Source: Oceanospirillum sp.
GTDB lineage: Bacteria; Pseudomonadota; Gammaproteobacteria; Xanthomonadales; SZUA-36
Length of the DNA: 55,697 bases
Direction of reading: 5' to 3'
Assembly (NCBI GenBank): GCA_048636595.1
Contig: JAIVWI010000001.1
Coordinates: 1 to 55,697 of the forward strand
Shown here: positions 35,095-46,158 of the stretch, one piece after another
How positions within the stretch are numbered: position 1 is the stretch's first letter
Layout of the letters: each line of letters begins with the position of its first letter
Position numbers and translations under genes: made by a program
The notes under the pieces: generated by a model
Databases searched by the model: none
What the model saw: only the letters and a program-made list of their open reading frames with translations
Told to the model about the DNA's origin: nothing

Positions 35095-36600
35095 CTAGTG
35101 TAACGGCCCGATGCCGGCTTCAACCGTACTTGCAAGCTCACCGCGGCGGAGAATGTCAGCGCAGGTTTCCAGGTCGTTGCGTACTTCGTAGTCTTTATAC
35201 GCATGGCTGATTTGCCCTCGCAGCAATTCATGAGCCAACTGGACACCTCTGCCTGGCTTCAGAGGAATACGGAAATCCAGGGCCTGGGCAACGGTCAGGA
35301 ATTCAACGGCAAGAACGTGCTCAACATTTCGCAGCACAGGTAAAAGCTTCAGTGCGCTGATCGAACCCATGCTGACATGATCTTCCTGGCCCAGGCTGGT
35401 GGGGATGGAATCCACGCTGGCAGGATGGCACAGGATTTTGTTCTCGGATACCAGGGCTGCGGCCGTATACTGCGGGATCATAAAACCCGAATTGATGCCT
35501 GTGTCCTTCATCAACAACCTGGGCAATCCGTCGTGGCCTTCAAGCAGAAGATAGGTTCGGCGCTCTGAAATACTCGCCAGCTCCGCAAGTGCAATGGCCG
35601 CGAAATCCATGGCCAGGGCCAGCGGCTGACCGTGGAAATTGCCAGCCGAAATAATGTCGCCATTATTGAACACCAGGGGGTTATCGGTCACCGAATTCAG
35701 CTCAATCTCAATGGTGTGTGCGGAATTAGCCAGCGCATCGCGGCTGGCTCCGTGTACCTGGGGTACACAACGCAGGCAGTAGGAATCCTGGACCTTGCCA
35801 CAATCCCGGTGTGAATCCATGATTTCGCTGTGCTCGAGCAGCTTGCGCATGTTGTCAGCTACGGCAATCTGGCCTTTATGTGGACGAATCCTGTGTACAC
35901 GCTCATCAAAGGGGTTAGCGCTGCCCTGCAGCGCCTCCAGGCTCATCGCAGCCAGTATATCTGCATCTTTTTGCAGCACCAGTGCGCGCTCCAGCACAAA
36001 AGCGCCGTAGGCGGCCATCAGTTGCGTGCCGTTAATCAGTGCGAGTCCATCCTTGGCTTTTAGCTGAATCGGCTCAATGCCAGCCCGCTGCAATGCATCC
36101 GCGGCGTCGAGCTTGTCTGTTTCTGTTTCATTCCATACCTCACCCCGGCCGATTAAAGGCAGGCACATATGCGCCAGTGGAGCCAGATCCCCTGAAGCGC
36201 CCACGCTTCCCCGGCTCGGCACCCGCGGGGTCAGGCCCATTTGCTCGAAGCTCAGCAACTGCTTGAAAGTCGTACGGGAAATACCGGACTGGCCCAGGCC
36301 AAGGGCATGGATTTTCAGTTGCAGCATGAGGCGGGTAATTTCGGGAGGGACCGGCTCCCCCACGCCACAGGCATGGCTCAGAAGAAGGTTTTGTTGAAGT
36401 GCCGCCAGTTTCTCGTCATCGATTCTTTTGTCCGCCAGAACTCCAAAACCAGTGTTGATACCGTACAGTGCACTGCCGTCTTTCAGGGCTCGCAACACAA
36501 TGTCCCGGCTGCGGTCCAGTGCAGCATGGTCTTTGCGCAGGGCCTTCATGCTGGCAGCAAGGTCAGCGTACAGGGTGGGGATACGTATAGCCTGGCTCAT
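35095..36600 (-). CDS. hutH: Histidine ammonia-lyase
   Basis: GSVGASGDLAPLAH (Ala-Ser-Gly MIO-forming triad), YGINTGFG, and a Ser-His pair in LLLSHACGVG, which is the histidase-type selectivity motif. Confidence 0.92.
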   Translation of the reverse strand: MSQAIRIPTLYADLAASMKALRKDHAALDRSRDIVLRALKDGSALYGINTGFGVLADKRIDDEKLAALQQNLLLSHACGVGEPVPPEITRLMLQLKIHALGLGQSGISRTTFKQLLSFEQMGLTPRVPSRGSVGASGDLAPLAHMCLPLIGRGEVWNETETDKLDAADALQRAGIEPIQLKAKDGLALINGTQLMAAYGAFVLERALVLQKDADILAAMSLEALQGSANPFDERVHRIRPHKGQIAVADNMRKLLEHSEIMDSHRDCGKVQDSYCLRCVPQVHGASRDALANSAHTIEIELNSVTDNPLVFNNGDIISAGNFHGQPLALAMDFAAIALAELASISERRTYLLLEGHDGLPRLLMKDTGINSGFMIPQYTAAALVSENKILCHPASVDSIPTSLGQEDHVSMGSISALKLLPVLRNVEHVLAVEFLTVAQALDFRIPLKPGRGVQLAHELLRGQISHAYKDYEVRNDLETCADILRRGELASTVEAGIGPLH

Positions 36601-36782
36601 GTGCCCCGGGGGACCGTTAACAGTGGCTTGTAATTTTGCAAATTTGCACCCATTATCTTGGCTGAAAAGTCCGTAAAATACAGGGACGCTTATTATAAGG
36701 GAACCCGGCTCCGGTAGCCGGGTCTTTATTCTCTGGGGAATTCAATAAAGAATCCCGAAAAAAGAAGTTTGAGGATGATCAA

Positions 36783-37289
36783 ATGGCCTGGATATTCCGC
36801 CCAAGAATCTGGTTTCTGCTCGTAGCCGTAGCCTGTGCTGCCATGCTTGGCTACGGATACTATGTACAGCACGTGTTATTTATCGACCCCTGTCCGTTGT
36901 GTGTGCTGCAGCGACTGGCTTTCATCTGGATCGGTGTTGTTTCGCTGCTGGCTTTCCTTCACAATCCCGCGGTCAAAGGGTATTGGGTCTACTCCGGCCT
37001 TTTTATGCTAGGCGCCCTGGCGGGCTCAGCAATTGCCGGCCGCCATGTGTGGCTGCAAAGCCTGCCGCCGAACCTGGTGCCGGACTGTGGAATGGGTTTG
37101 AATTACATGCTCGAAACCATGCCGTTTTTTGAGGTCCTGTCTGAAGTATTTTATGGGTCTGGCGAATGCGCCGACATCAACTGGTCATTCCTTGGTCTGA
37201 GCATGCCGAGCTGGTCTTTGATCTGGTACATTGGCCTGGCAATCGCTACTATTGTTGTTCTTGTGAAGAATAGTAAAGCAAAGGCCTGA
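36783..37289 (+). CDS. dsbB: Disulfide bond formation protein DsbB
   Basis: 168-aa four-TM ORF with CPLCVLQR in the first periplasmic loop and a second Cys pair (DCG...GECADINW). Confidence 0.9.
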   Translation: MAWIFRPRIWFLLVAVACAAMLGYGYYVQHVLFIDPCPLCVLQRLAFIWIGVVSLLAFLHNPAVKGYWVYSGLFMLGALAGSAIAGRHVWLQSLPPNLVPDCGMGLNYMLETMPFFEVLSEVFYGSGECADINWSFLGLSMPSWSLIWYIGLAIATIVVLVKNSKAKA

Positions 37290-37294
37290 ATTTA

Positions 37295-38689
37295 ATGAAT
37301 AATTTCAGTTCTACAGATCACTTAAGCTCAGTGCAGAAAATGAATATTCCTAAAAACTGGAGCCCGGACTCGTGGCGGAAATTTCCAGCACTCCAGCAGG
37401 CCACCTATCCGGACCCTGAAGCTCTTGATCATGCGCTTCATGATCTGGCTGAACTGCCTCCCCTGGTCACTTCCTGGGAAATTCTATCGCTGCGAGAGCA
37501 GATTGCAGAAGCACAGGCTGGAAAGCGGTTTTTGCTGCAAGGGGGTGACTGCGCTGAGAGTTTCCAGGAATGCAATTCATCCCTGATCACCAACCGGCTC
37601 AAGGTACTGCTCCAGATGAGTCTTGCCCTGGTGCATGGACTACAGATGCCGGTGGTTCGGATTGGCCGGTTTGCGGGACAATACGCCAAGCCAAGATCCT
37701 CTGACACGGAAACCCGCGACGGTGTGACCCTGCCAAGTTTTCGGGGTGACCTGGTCAATGCACTCGAATTCACCAAAAAAGCCAGAACACCTGACCCGCA
37801 GCGCCTGATCCAGGCCCATTCGCTCTCGGCAATGACCATGAACTTCGTCCGTTCCCTGGTGGATGGTGGTTTTGCCGATGTTCACCACACTGAATACTGG
37901 AACCTCAGTTGGGTAGAGCATTCTCCGCTGGCGGATGAATTTCATAAGCTGACGGAAAGCCTTAGCCAATCCCTGCGTTTCATGGAAACCATCATGGGAC
38001 GGGACATTGGCAGATTGAGACGCGTTGACTTTTTTACCTCGCATGAAGCATTGCACCTGCATTATGAGCAGGCCCAGACACGGCAAGTTCCCCGGCAATG
38101 GGGCTGGTTCAACCTGGGAACCCATTTCCCGTGGATCGGTATGCGGACAGCGGACCTGGATGGCGCCCATGTTGAATATTTTCGTGGAATCCGCAATCCG
38201 CTGGGTATCAAGGTTGGACCTGGAATGACCAGCGACTGGCTTGCCGGTTTGTTGGAAAAATTGAATCCGGAGCGGGAGGCGGGCCGTATTGTTTTGATTC
38301 ATCGCATGGGTGAAGACAAGATTGAGGCCTGCCTCCCGGGTCTGATCAACGCGGTGCATGAGACCGGAAGTCCCGTGTTGTGGATATCCGACCCCATGCA
38401 TGGCAATACCGAATCGACCCGGGATGGGATCAAGACCCGCCGTTTCCGGAAAATTTTGCGGGAGACGGAGCTGGCCTTCGAAATCCATCGGGACAACAAA
38501 TCATGGTTGGGTGGTGTGCACCTGGAATTGACCGGTGAGGACGTGACTGAGTGTACCGGCGGCGCCAGAGATCTGTCAGATGAAGACTTGAAACGGGCCT
38601 ACAAATCCACTGTTGATCCGCGGCTGAATTATGAACAGTCTCTGGAAATGGCGATGTTCATAGTGCAAAAGCACATCCAGAATACCTGA
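37295..38689 (+). CDS. 3-deoxy-7-phosphoheptulonate (DAHP) synthase, class II
   Basis: 464 aa. KRFLLQGGDCAESF, RIAGQYAKPRS-like RIGRFAGQYAKPRSS and SDPMHGNT are the plant/class II AroA(II) signatures as I remember them. Confidence 0.88.
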   Translation: MNNFSSTDHLSSVQKMNIPKNWSPDSWRKFPALQQATYPDPEALDHALHDLAELPPLVTSWEILSLREQIAEAQAGKRFLLQGGDCAESFQECNSSLITNRLKVLLQMSLALVHGLQMPVVRIGRFAGQYAKPRSSDTETRDGVTLPSFRGDLVNALEFTKKARTPDPQRLIQAHSLSAMTMNFVRSLVDGGFADVHHTEYWNLSWVEHSPLADEFHKLTESLSQSLRFMETIMGRDIGRLRRVDFFTSHEALHLHYEQAQTRQVPRQWGWFNLGTHFPWIGMRTADLDGAHVEYFRGIRNPLGIKVGPGMTSDWLAGLLEKLNPEREAGRIVLIHRMGEDKIEACLPGLINAVHETGSPVLWISDPMHGNTESTRDGIKTRRFRKILRETELAFEIHRDNKSWLGGVHLELTGEDVTECTGGARDLSDEDLKRAYKSTVDPRLNYEQSLEMAMFIVQKHIQNT

Positions 38690-40579
38690 ATGCCAGCCTT
38701 GATTTCCCCGGTTCAAGAACTCTTTAAACTAATTGGCCGTACACGCTTCCTCGTCTTGTGCGCCCTGGTGTCTGCACAAGCGGTAACAGTGCTGCATGCA
38801 CAGGAATTTCTCGCCAGTCATACCCTGAGTTTTCCCCAGTACAAAAATCAGTATGTTCATGTCATTCTGACCTTACCGGTCAATGGCGATCAGATTGAAC
38901 TGAGCCTGCCCAACTGGACACCAGGCTCCTACCTGATCCGGGATTACGCGACGCACCTCGAGAATTTCGAGGCCAGTGGTGAGGACGGCCAACATCTTGT
39001 CCAGATCAAAGTAGCCAAGAACCGGTGGCGCATATCTACTACGGGTGTCAGAGAGTTGACCGTGAGCTACGATGTATGGGCGGGTGTGCTGCACGTTAGT
39101 TCGAGCTGGATTTCGTCAGATTTCGCACTGATCAATGGCGCCGGGGTTTTTCTTTACACCGAAGACAGCCGGAACTGGCCTCAGCAAGTCATCGTGAACA
39201 AGCCGGCGTCCTGGAGCGATATTCATACCTCGTTAAAACCAGGGCCGGGTAGTAATGGATTCCTGGCACGGGATTACGATGAACTCATCGACAGTCCCAT
39301 CGTTGCCGGCAACGCTCCTTATTACCCATTTGAAGTAGATGGGCAGGCGTATGTTCTGGTCAATACAGGGGAAACTGGCTGGTGGAATGGCAAACGTTCA
39401 GCCCGGGACGTCGCAACGCTGGTAAAAGCACAACAGAAATTCTGGGGGGTCAATCCCTTTGACCGCGAGTATCTGTTCTTGAATTTCCAGTTGGAGAGCC
39501 GGGGTGGCCTGGAACACGATCACAGCACCGTGCTGATGAGCAGCAAGTGGGCCATGCGCGACAAGAAAGACTACATCAAGTGGCTGGCGCTCGTGTCGCA
39601 TGAGTTTTTTCACTCCTGGAATGTAAGGCGGATGAGGCCGGAGGCGCTGGCCGAATACGATTATGACAACGAAGTCTATACGCGCGAATTGTGGCTTGCC
39701 GAAGGCCTCACCAGCTATTACGACAACCTGTTACTGTTTCGCTCCGCACTGATTGAAGTAAATGATTATTTCGAGTTGCTGGCGGCTGAATTTCGCAATT
39801 ATGAGACCACTCCGGGGCGCAAAGTCAGGTCAGCTGAACTCGCTTCCTTTGATTCGTGGATCAAGCATTACGTGCCCGATGCCAATGGCATTAACAGCAC
39901 GGTTTCCTACTATCGAAAAGGCTCATTGATTGGCTTCGTAGCCGATACAGCCATCCGTCGCGAAACCGGCGGCAAGGCCAGCCTGGATACCGTGATGCGC
40001 AGAATGTATTCACTGTATGGCCCGGATGGGCAGGGGCGGGGAAGCTATCCACCGGGCGCATTTGAAACCGTTGTGGAGTCTGTTGCCGGAGCGGACGTCA
40101 GGGCCATGATTGAAAACCTGTTACATACAACTACGGACCCCGATCTGGATGAGGCGCTGGATTGGTATGGTTTGAAACTGGATCGCGCACCTGCCCGTTC
40201 GGCAGCAGAGAAGTCCGGCAGTCCGGTCCCCGCCGGTTTTGGCTTGACCTGGGGCAAAGAAGACTCCTTGTTGATTGTCGAACACGTGATCCTCGGCAGC
40301 ACGGGAGCGGCCGCGGGCATTTTACCAGGCGATGAATTGCTGGCCATCAACGGTTCACGAATGACGGTAAAAAATATTGATAAAAGAGTGCGGCAACTGT
40401 TGCCGGGTGAAACAGTTGAACTGACACTGGTGCGGCAGGAACAATTGCTGACCCTGCCTGTGCGTGTCCAGTCCGCCATTCCGGAAAACTACGCCATCAA
40501 ACTCAAATCCAATATTGGATTCCGTCAGAAAGCCCGCTTGAAAGCCTGGCTGGGCCGGGACCTGAAGTTTGGTAATTAG
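38690..40579 (+). CDS. M61 family (glycyl aminopeptidase-like) metallopeptidase with C-terminal PDZ domain
   Basis: Signal-peptide-like N-terminus, HEFFHSWN zinc motif, and a C-terminal PDZ-like segment (GILPGDELLAINGSRM). The start abuts the DAHP synthase stop (TGAATG). Confidence 0.8.
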   Translation: MPALISPVQELFKLIGRTRFLVLCALVSAQAVTVLHAQEFLASHTLSFPQYKNQYVHVILTLPVNGDQIELSLPNWTPGSYLIRDYATHLENFEASGEDGQHLVQIKVAKNRWRISTTGVRELTVSYDVWAGVLHVSSSWISSDFALINGAGVFLYTEDSRNWPQQVIVNKPASWSDIHTSLKPGPGSNGFLARDYDELIDSPIVAGNAPYYPFEVDGQAYVLVNTGETGWWNGKRSARDVATLVKAQQKFWGVNPFDREYLFLNFQLESRGGLEHDHSTVLMSSKWAMRDKKDYIKWLALVSHEFFHSWNVRRMRPEALAEYDYDNEVYTRELWLAEGLTSYYDNLLLFRSALIEVNDYFELLAAEFRNYETTPGRKVRSAELASFDSWIKHYVPDANGINSTVSYYRKGSLIGFVADTAIRRETGGKASLDTVMRRMYSLYGPDGQGRGSYPPGAFETVVESVAGADVRAMIENLLHTTTDPDLDEALDWYGLKLDRAPARSAAEKSGSPVPAGFGLTWGKEDSLLIVEHVILGSTGAAAGILPGDELLAINGSRMTVKNIDKRVRQLLPGETVELTLVRQEQLLTLPVRVQSAIPENYAIKLKSNIGFRQKARLKAWLGRDLKFGN

Positions 40580-40618
40580 CTCTGAACCCAACAATTCAGG
40601 CTTGACACTACACCAGGT

Positions 40619-42454
40619 TCAGGAAGTTTCTTTTTCGCGGCTCGCACGTTTACGCTCGTGTTCGAGCAGATGAACTTTTCGAATCCGGATGGCTTGCGGC
40701 GTCACCTCTACCAGTTCATCGTCCTCGATAAATTCCAGCGCCTGCTCCAGGGTCATTTTCTGCGTTGCAGCAAGCTGGACTGCGTCGTCTTTGAGCACCG
40801 TGCGGATATTGGTTAACTGTTTTCCCTTCAGGGGATTCACCGTGAGGTCGTTCGAGCGGGTGTGGATACCCACTATCTGGCCCCCATAGACCTCCACACC
40901 CGGCTCAATAATCATCCGTCCTCGTTCCTGCAGGTTGAACAGGGCATAGGGCAGGGCTTTGCCCGTGCCGTTGGAGATCAGGACACCATTTTTCCGCCTG
41001 GAAATATCGCCGGGATGATAGGGGCCGTAATGATCGAATACATGGAACATCAGGCCCGTACCTGCCGTCAGCGTCCGGAACTCCGACTGGAAGCCAATCA
41101 GGCCGCGCGCGGGAATCATGTAGTCCAGCCGCACCCGGCCCTTGCCGTCCGGCTGCATGTTCTGCATGATTCCGCGGCGTTCACCAAGCCGTTCCATTAC
41201 CGAACCCTGGTAGTCGGCTTCCAGGTCTACTACCAGTTGTTCAAAGGGCTCTTCTTTCCCGTGATCGGTCTCGTGCACGATTACTTCGGGTCTTGAGATG
41301 GCCAGCTCGTAGCCTTCCCGGCGCATGGTCTCTATCAGGATCGACAGGTGTAACTCACCCCGGCCTGACACCTTGAAGCGTTCCGCGTTTTCCATCTCTT
41401 CGACGCGCAAGGCCACGTTATGGCTGGCTTCGCGCAGCAGGCGCTCGCGCAACTGCCGGCTGGTCAGGTACTTTCCTTCGCGGCCGGCAAAGGGTGAACT
41501 ATTGACCCTGAATGTCATGCTGATGGTGGGTTCATCCACGGTCAGCGTAGGCAGCGCTTCCGGTGCGTTCCGATCGCACAGCGTGTCGGAGATCCGAAGC
41601 TTGTCCACGCCGACCACGGCGATGATGTCGCCAGCCTGAGCAGATGGTACTTCGACACGGTTAAGCCCGTGAAAGCCCAACACCTGCAGTATCCTTCCAT
41701 TGCGCCGCTCGCCATCACGGTCGATCACGCAGATTTGCTGGTTGGGTTTCGCGCTGCCCCTCTGTATCCTTCCGATGCCGATGACACCCACGTAGGAACT
41801 GTAATCCAGTGATGTAATGCGCATCTGGAACGGCCCTTCGATATTGACGGGCGGTGGAGCCACCTCCCGCACGATGGTTTCGAACAGGGCCGTCATATCT
41901 CCCTCACGTACCGTGTCCTCCATGCCAGCGTATCCGTGCAGCGCCGAAGCATAGACGACCGGGAAATCCAGCTGCTCATCCGTCGCGCCGAGCTGGTCGA
42001 ACAATTCGAAAGTCTGGTCCAGAACCCAGTGAGGGCGGGCGCCGTCACGATCAATCTTATTGATCACGACAATTGGCCTAAAGCCCATCTCGAAAGCTTT
42101 CTGAGTGACAAAACGGGTCTGCGGCATGGGTCCGTCCACCGCATCCACCAACAGCAGGACCGAGTCCACCATGCTCAGGATGCGCTCCACCTCACCGCCA
42201 AAATCGGCATGGCCCGGGGTGTCCACGATATTGATGTGGTAGGTGTCTTTGCCGTCATTCCAGGTGATCGCAGTATTCTTGGACAGGATCGTGATCCCGC
42301 GCTCACGCTCGAGTTCATTGGAGTCCATCACCCGATCAGGCGTAGCCGCCCGTTCGCCCAGCGTTCCCGACTGCTGCAGCAACTGGTCCACGAGCGTGGT
42401 TTTGCCATGGTCGACATGGGCGATAATGGCAATATTTCGAAGCTTTTCAATCAC
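40619..42454 (-). CDS. typA: Translational GTPase TypA/BipA
   Basis: [45 protein letters not shown]; 611 aa. Confidence 0.97.
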   Translation of the reverse strand: MIEKLRNIAIIAHVDHGKTTLVDQLLQQSGTLGERAATPDRVMDSNELERERGITILSKNTAITWNDGKDTYHINIVDTPGHADFGGEVERILSMVDSVLLLVDAVDGPMPQTRFVTQKAFEMGFRPIVVINKIDRDGARPHWVLDQTFELFDQLGATDEQLDFPVVYASALHGYAGMEDTVREGDMTALFETIVREVAPPPVNIEGPFQMRITSLDYSSYVGVIGIGRIQRGSAKPNQQICVIDRDGERRNGRILQVLGFHGLNRVEVPSAQAGDIIAVVGVDKLRISDTLCDRNAPEALPTLTVDEPTISMTFRVNSSPFAGREGKYLTSRQLRERLLREASHNVALRVEEMENAERFKVSGRGELHLSILIETMRREGYELAISRPEVIVHETDHGKEEPFEQLVVDLEADYQGSVMERLGERRGIMQNMQPDGKGRVRLDYMIPARGLIGFQSEFRTLTAGTGLMFHVFDHYGPYHPGDISRRKNGVLISNGTGKALPYALFNLQERGRMIIEPGVEVYGGQIVGIHTRSNDLTVNPLKGKQLTNIRTVLKDDAVQLAATQKMTLEQALEFIEDDELVEVTPQAIRIRKVHLLEHERKRASREKETS

Positions 42455-42568
42455 TATTCATTCCTTTTCCACAGGCGGGCGCACGTTACAGGGTTTACTG
42501 TTGTAAATCAATGGTAAAGACGTTGATTTCGATCTTTCAACTGCAATCGAAGCCAGGCATTTTCAGGC

Positions 42569-42598
42569 TTGATGCGGCATTTCGGTAGAAAGTATAAT
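42569..42598 (+). promoter_or_regulatory. Candidate sigma70 promoter for the 42606 ORF
   Basis: TTGATG (42569-42574), an 18-nt spacer, then TATAAT (42593-42598). The predicted start site falls at or next to the ATG at 42606. Confidence 0.4.
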
Positions 42599-42605
42599 CA
42601 AAGCC

Positions 42606-43154
42606 ATGTTTTCCAATGACTCCATCAACCTGACCTTGTTTTCGATGCGTAAAACTACTGCATTCCTGATCCTGGCCCTGCTGGGTGCGCCGCTGCTGGT
42701 TCAAGCCGAAACACCGGCCCGGCAACACTTATTCAAGATTGAACGCAGCAAGAACGCCAATATCGTCCAGTACGACGCTCAAATCGGACCGGACGGGAAG
42801 CTGATGAAAAAGGAACCTGTTGTTGGCTACTGGGTTCGCCTGGCTGAACAGGGGCAGGTGCAGAAGCTCAGCTGGATACAGAAAACGTTTGCCTATGGAT
42901 TTAAAGCGAAACTCGACAGTAACAGAGAAAAAGTAAAGCTCGATATGGTGGCGGATTTCGGTCAGCCGATTTTCGTTGTCCGCAATGGGGATGAATACCG
43001 TGCAACATTCTTGATTGAGGGATCACTATCCTATCTCGATAAAATTTTTATCCAGGCCTCCGGTAAGGGCACGCGAATCACGATTGAATACATTGAGATG
43101 TTTGGCGAAGACACGAAAACCGGGGAAGCCCGTTACGAAAAGTTTTTCCCCTGA
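42606..43154 (+). CDS. Hypothetical secreted protein (unknown function)
   Basis: The ORF contains a canonical signal peptide MRKTTAFLILALLGAPLLVQA/ETPA beginning at the second ATG (42645). Either 42606 or 42645 may be the start. I could not confidently assign a family. Confidence 0.7.
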   Translation: MFSNDSINLTLFSMRKTTAFLILALLGAPLLVQAETPARQHLFKIERSKNANIVQYDAQIGPDGKLMKKEPVVGYWVRLAEQGQVQKLSWIQKTFAYGFKAKLDSNREKVKLDMVADFGQPIFVVRNGDEYRATFLIEGSLSYLDKIFIQASGKGTRITIEYIEMFGEDTKTGEARYEKFFP

Positions 43155-44272
43155 CCCCATGGTAAGACTGAAAAGCCGAGCTTTCGCAGGGTGGACGCGG
43201 CGTCAACGTCTATTCCGTGGAGCCGCCAGGCGCGAAAATCCCTTCTGGACGGGTATTCGCGGCGCAGCCTGTCAAACATCATCCCACGTTCATTGGCCGC
43301 CAAATCGGTCAAGCGGCGCATGGCGCTATCCTGTTTTTGCACAAAACAAACTGCTTTCAGGGCTGAAGCTATCGGATTTTTGACCGAGCGGAGATCAATG
43401 TCGAGGACCTTACTGTCGTAATTAACAGGGGCGATTGCTGGTTCATCCAGCCAGGCACAAAAAGCCTGGTAGACCATCAGGGTGCCATTGAGCTTGCCGT
43501 CGACGCTGTAACCGGCCACGTGCGGGGTGGCGACCGTCGTTGCCTTGACCAGTTCAGGATCGATTTGCGGTTCACCTGGCCAGACATCAAGCGCGGCATG
43601 CAGGCGGCCGCTCCTCAGCTGTGGCAGCAAGGCAGCGCCATCAAGCACATCGCCCCGTGCGGTATTGACCAGCAGGGCGGAGTCGTGCATTTGGGCAAGC
43701 CGATCCGGACCAATCATCCGGAATGTGGGGTACGGCCCATTCCGGGTCAGCGGGACATGAAGACACACAATATCCTGTGCCAGGGCTTCATCCAGTGAGA
43801 CCAGGCCGCTTGTTCCGCTATCGGCCAATGGTGGATCGTTGGCGACGCAGGATATGCCAAGGACATTTAGCAATTTCTGTAGCCGGGAACCGACATTGCC
43901 TCTACCGATGATGCCGACGCTTTGATCTGACGGGTTTCGCCCGAGCCGCTCACAGGCCAGCCACACCATGGCCAGGGTGTATTGCGCCGCCGCGTCGGCG
44001 TTACAGCCCGGCGCGCTGGCCCAGGTGATTCCCTGTTGTTCCAGCCAGCCTGTATCCAGGTGGTCGGTGCCGATGGTCGCCGTTCCGATAAACCGGACGG
44101 GTGTGTCTTGCAGCAACCCGGCATCCACGCGGGTTATGGAACGGGTGATCAGTGCATCTGCATTAATCAGCTGTTGACGATCCAGTGTGCGCCCATCCAC
44201 CCGTTCGATGTCGCCGTGTTGAGCGAAGGTTTTGTCAACACCCGGGATATTCCGGTCGATTACGATTCTCAT
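43133..44272 (-). CDS. pdxB: Erythronate-4-phosphate dehydrogenase
   Basis: MRIVIDRNIPGVDKTFAQHGDIERVDGR resembles the PdxB N-terminus. D-2-hydroxyacid dehydrogenase NAD site GIIGRGNVGSRL; about 380 aa with the PdxB-specific C-terminal dimerisation extension. Confidence 0.88.
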   Translation of the reverse strand: MRIVIDRNIPGVDKTFAQHGDIERVDGRTLDRQQLINADALITRSITRVDAGLLQDTPVRFIGTATIGTDHLDTGWLEQQGITWASAPGCNADAAAQYTLAMVWLACERLGRNPSDQSVGIIGRGNVGSRLQKLLNVLGISCVANDPPLADSGTSGLVSLDEALAQDIVCLHVPLTRNGPYPTFRMIGPDRLAQMHDSALLVNTARGDVLDGAALLPQLRSGRLHAALDVWPGEPQIDPELVKATTVATPHVAGYSVDGKLNGTLMVYQAFCAWLDEPAIAPVNYDSKVLDIDLRSVKNPIASALKAVCFVQKQDSAMRRLTDLAANERGMMFDRLRREYPSRRDFRAWRLHGIDVDAASTLRKLGFSVLPWGQGKNFS

Positions 44273-44297
44273 CCCCAGAGCGCCATGTTGTGATCAA

Positions 44298-45983
<1,686 letters not shown>

Positions 45984-46158
45984 TGCATGGACGAGCTAAT
46001 GGTAGCGGTCCATTATTACTCCCGGAAAAGTAGATTATTAACGTTTGCAGCAGGTGGTTGTAGGTCATTATCGGTTACAATAGTACGGATTGCTTGCCGG
46101 AATTTTCCGGTCCTGTTGAGATATTCTGACACATAGAAACCTTCTTAAGGAGTTATAC

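Noticed and set aside
35095-36600. Possibility that the MIO enzyme is a phenylalanine/tyrosine ammonia-lyase or aminomutase tied to the nearby class II DAHP synthase (a specialised aromatic pathway)
   Set aside because: The selectivity position reads Ser-His (LSHACGVG), as in histidases. The gene is coupled to hutI, and it is divergently transcribed from the DAHP synthase with dsbB in between.
36624-36640. Sigma54-like element TGGCTT-N5-TTTGCA between hutH and dsbB
   Set aside because: The GG-to-GC spacing is one nt longer than the consensus TGGCAC-N5-TTGC. It also points toward dsbB rather than the nitrogen-related hut genes.
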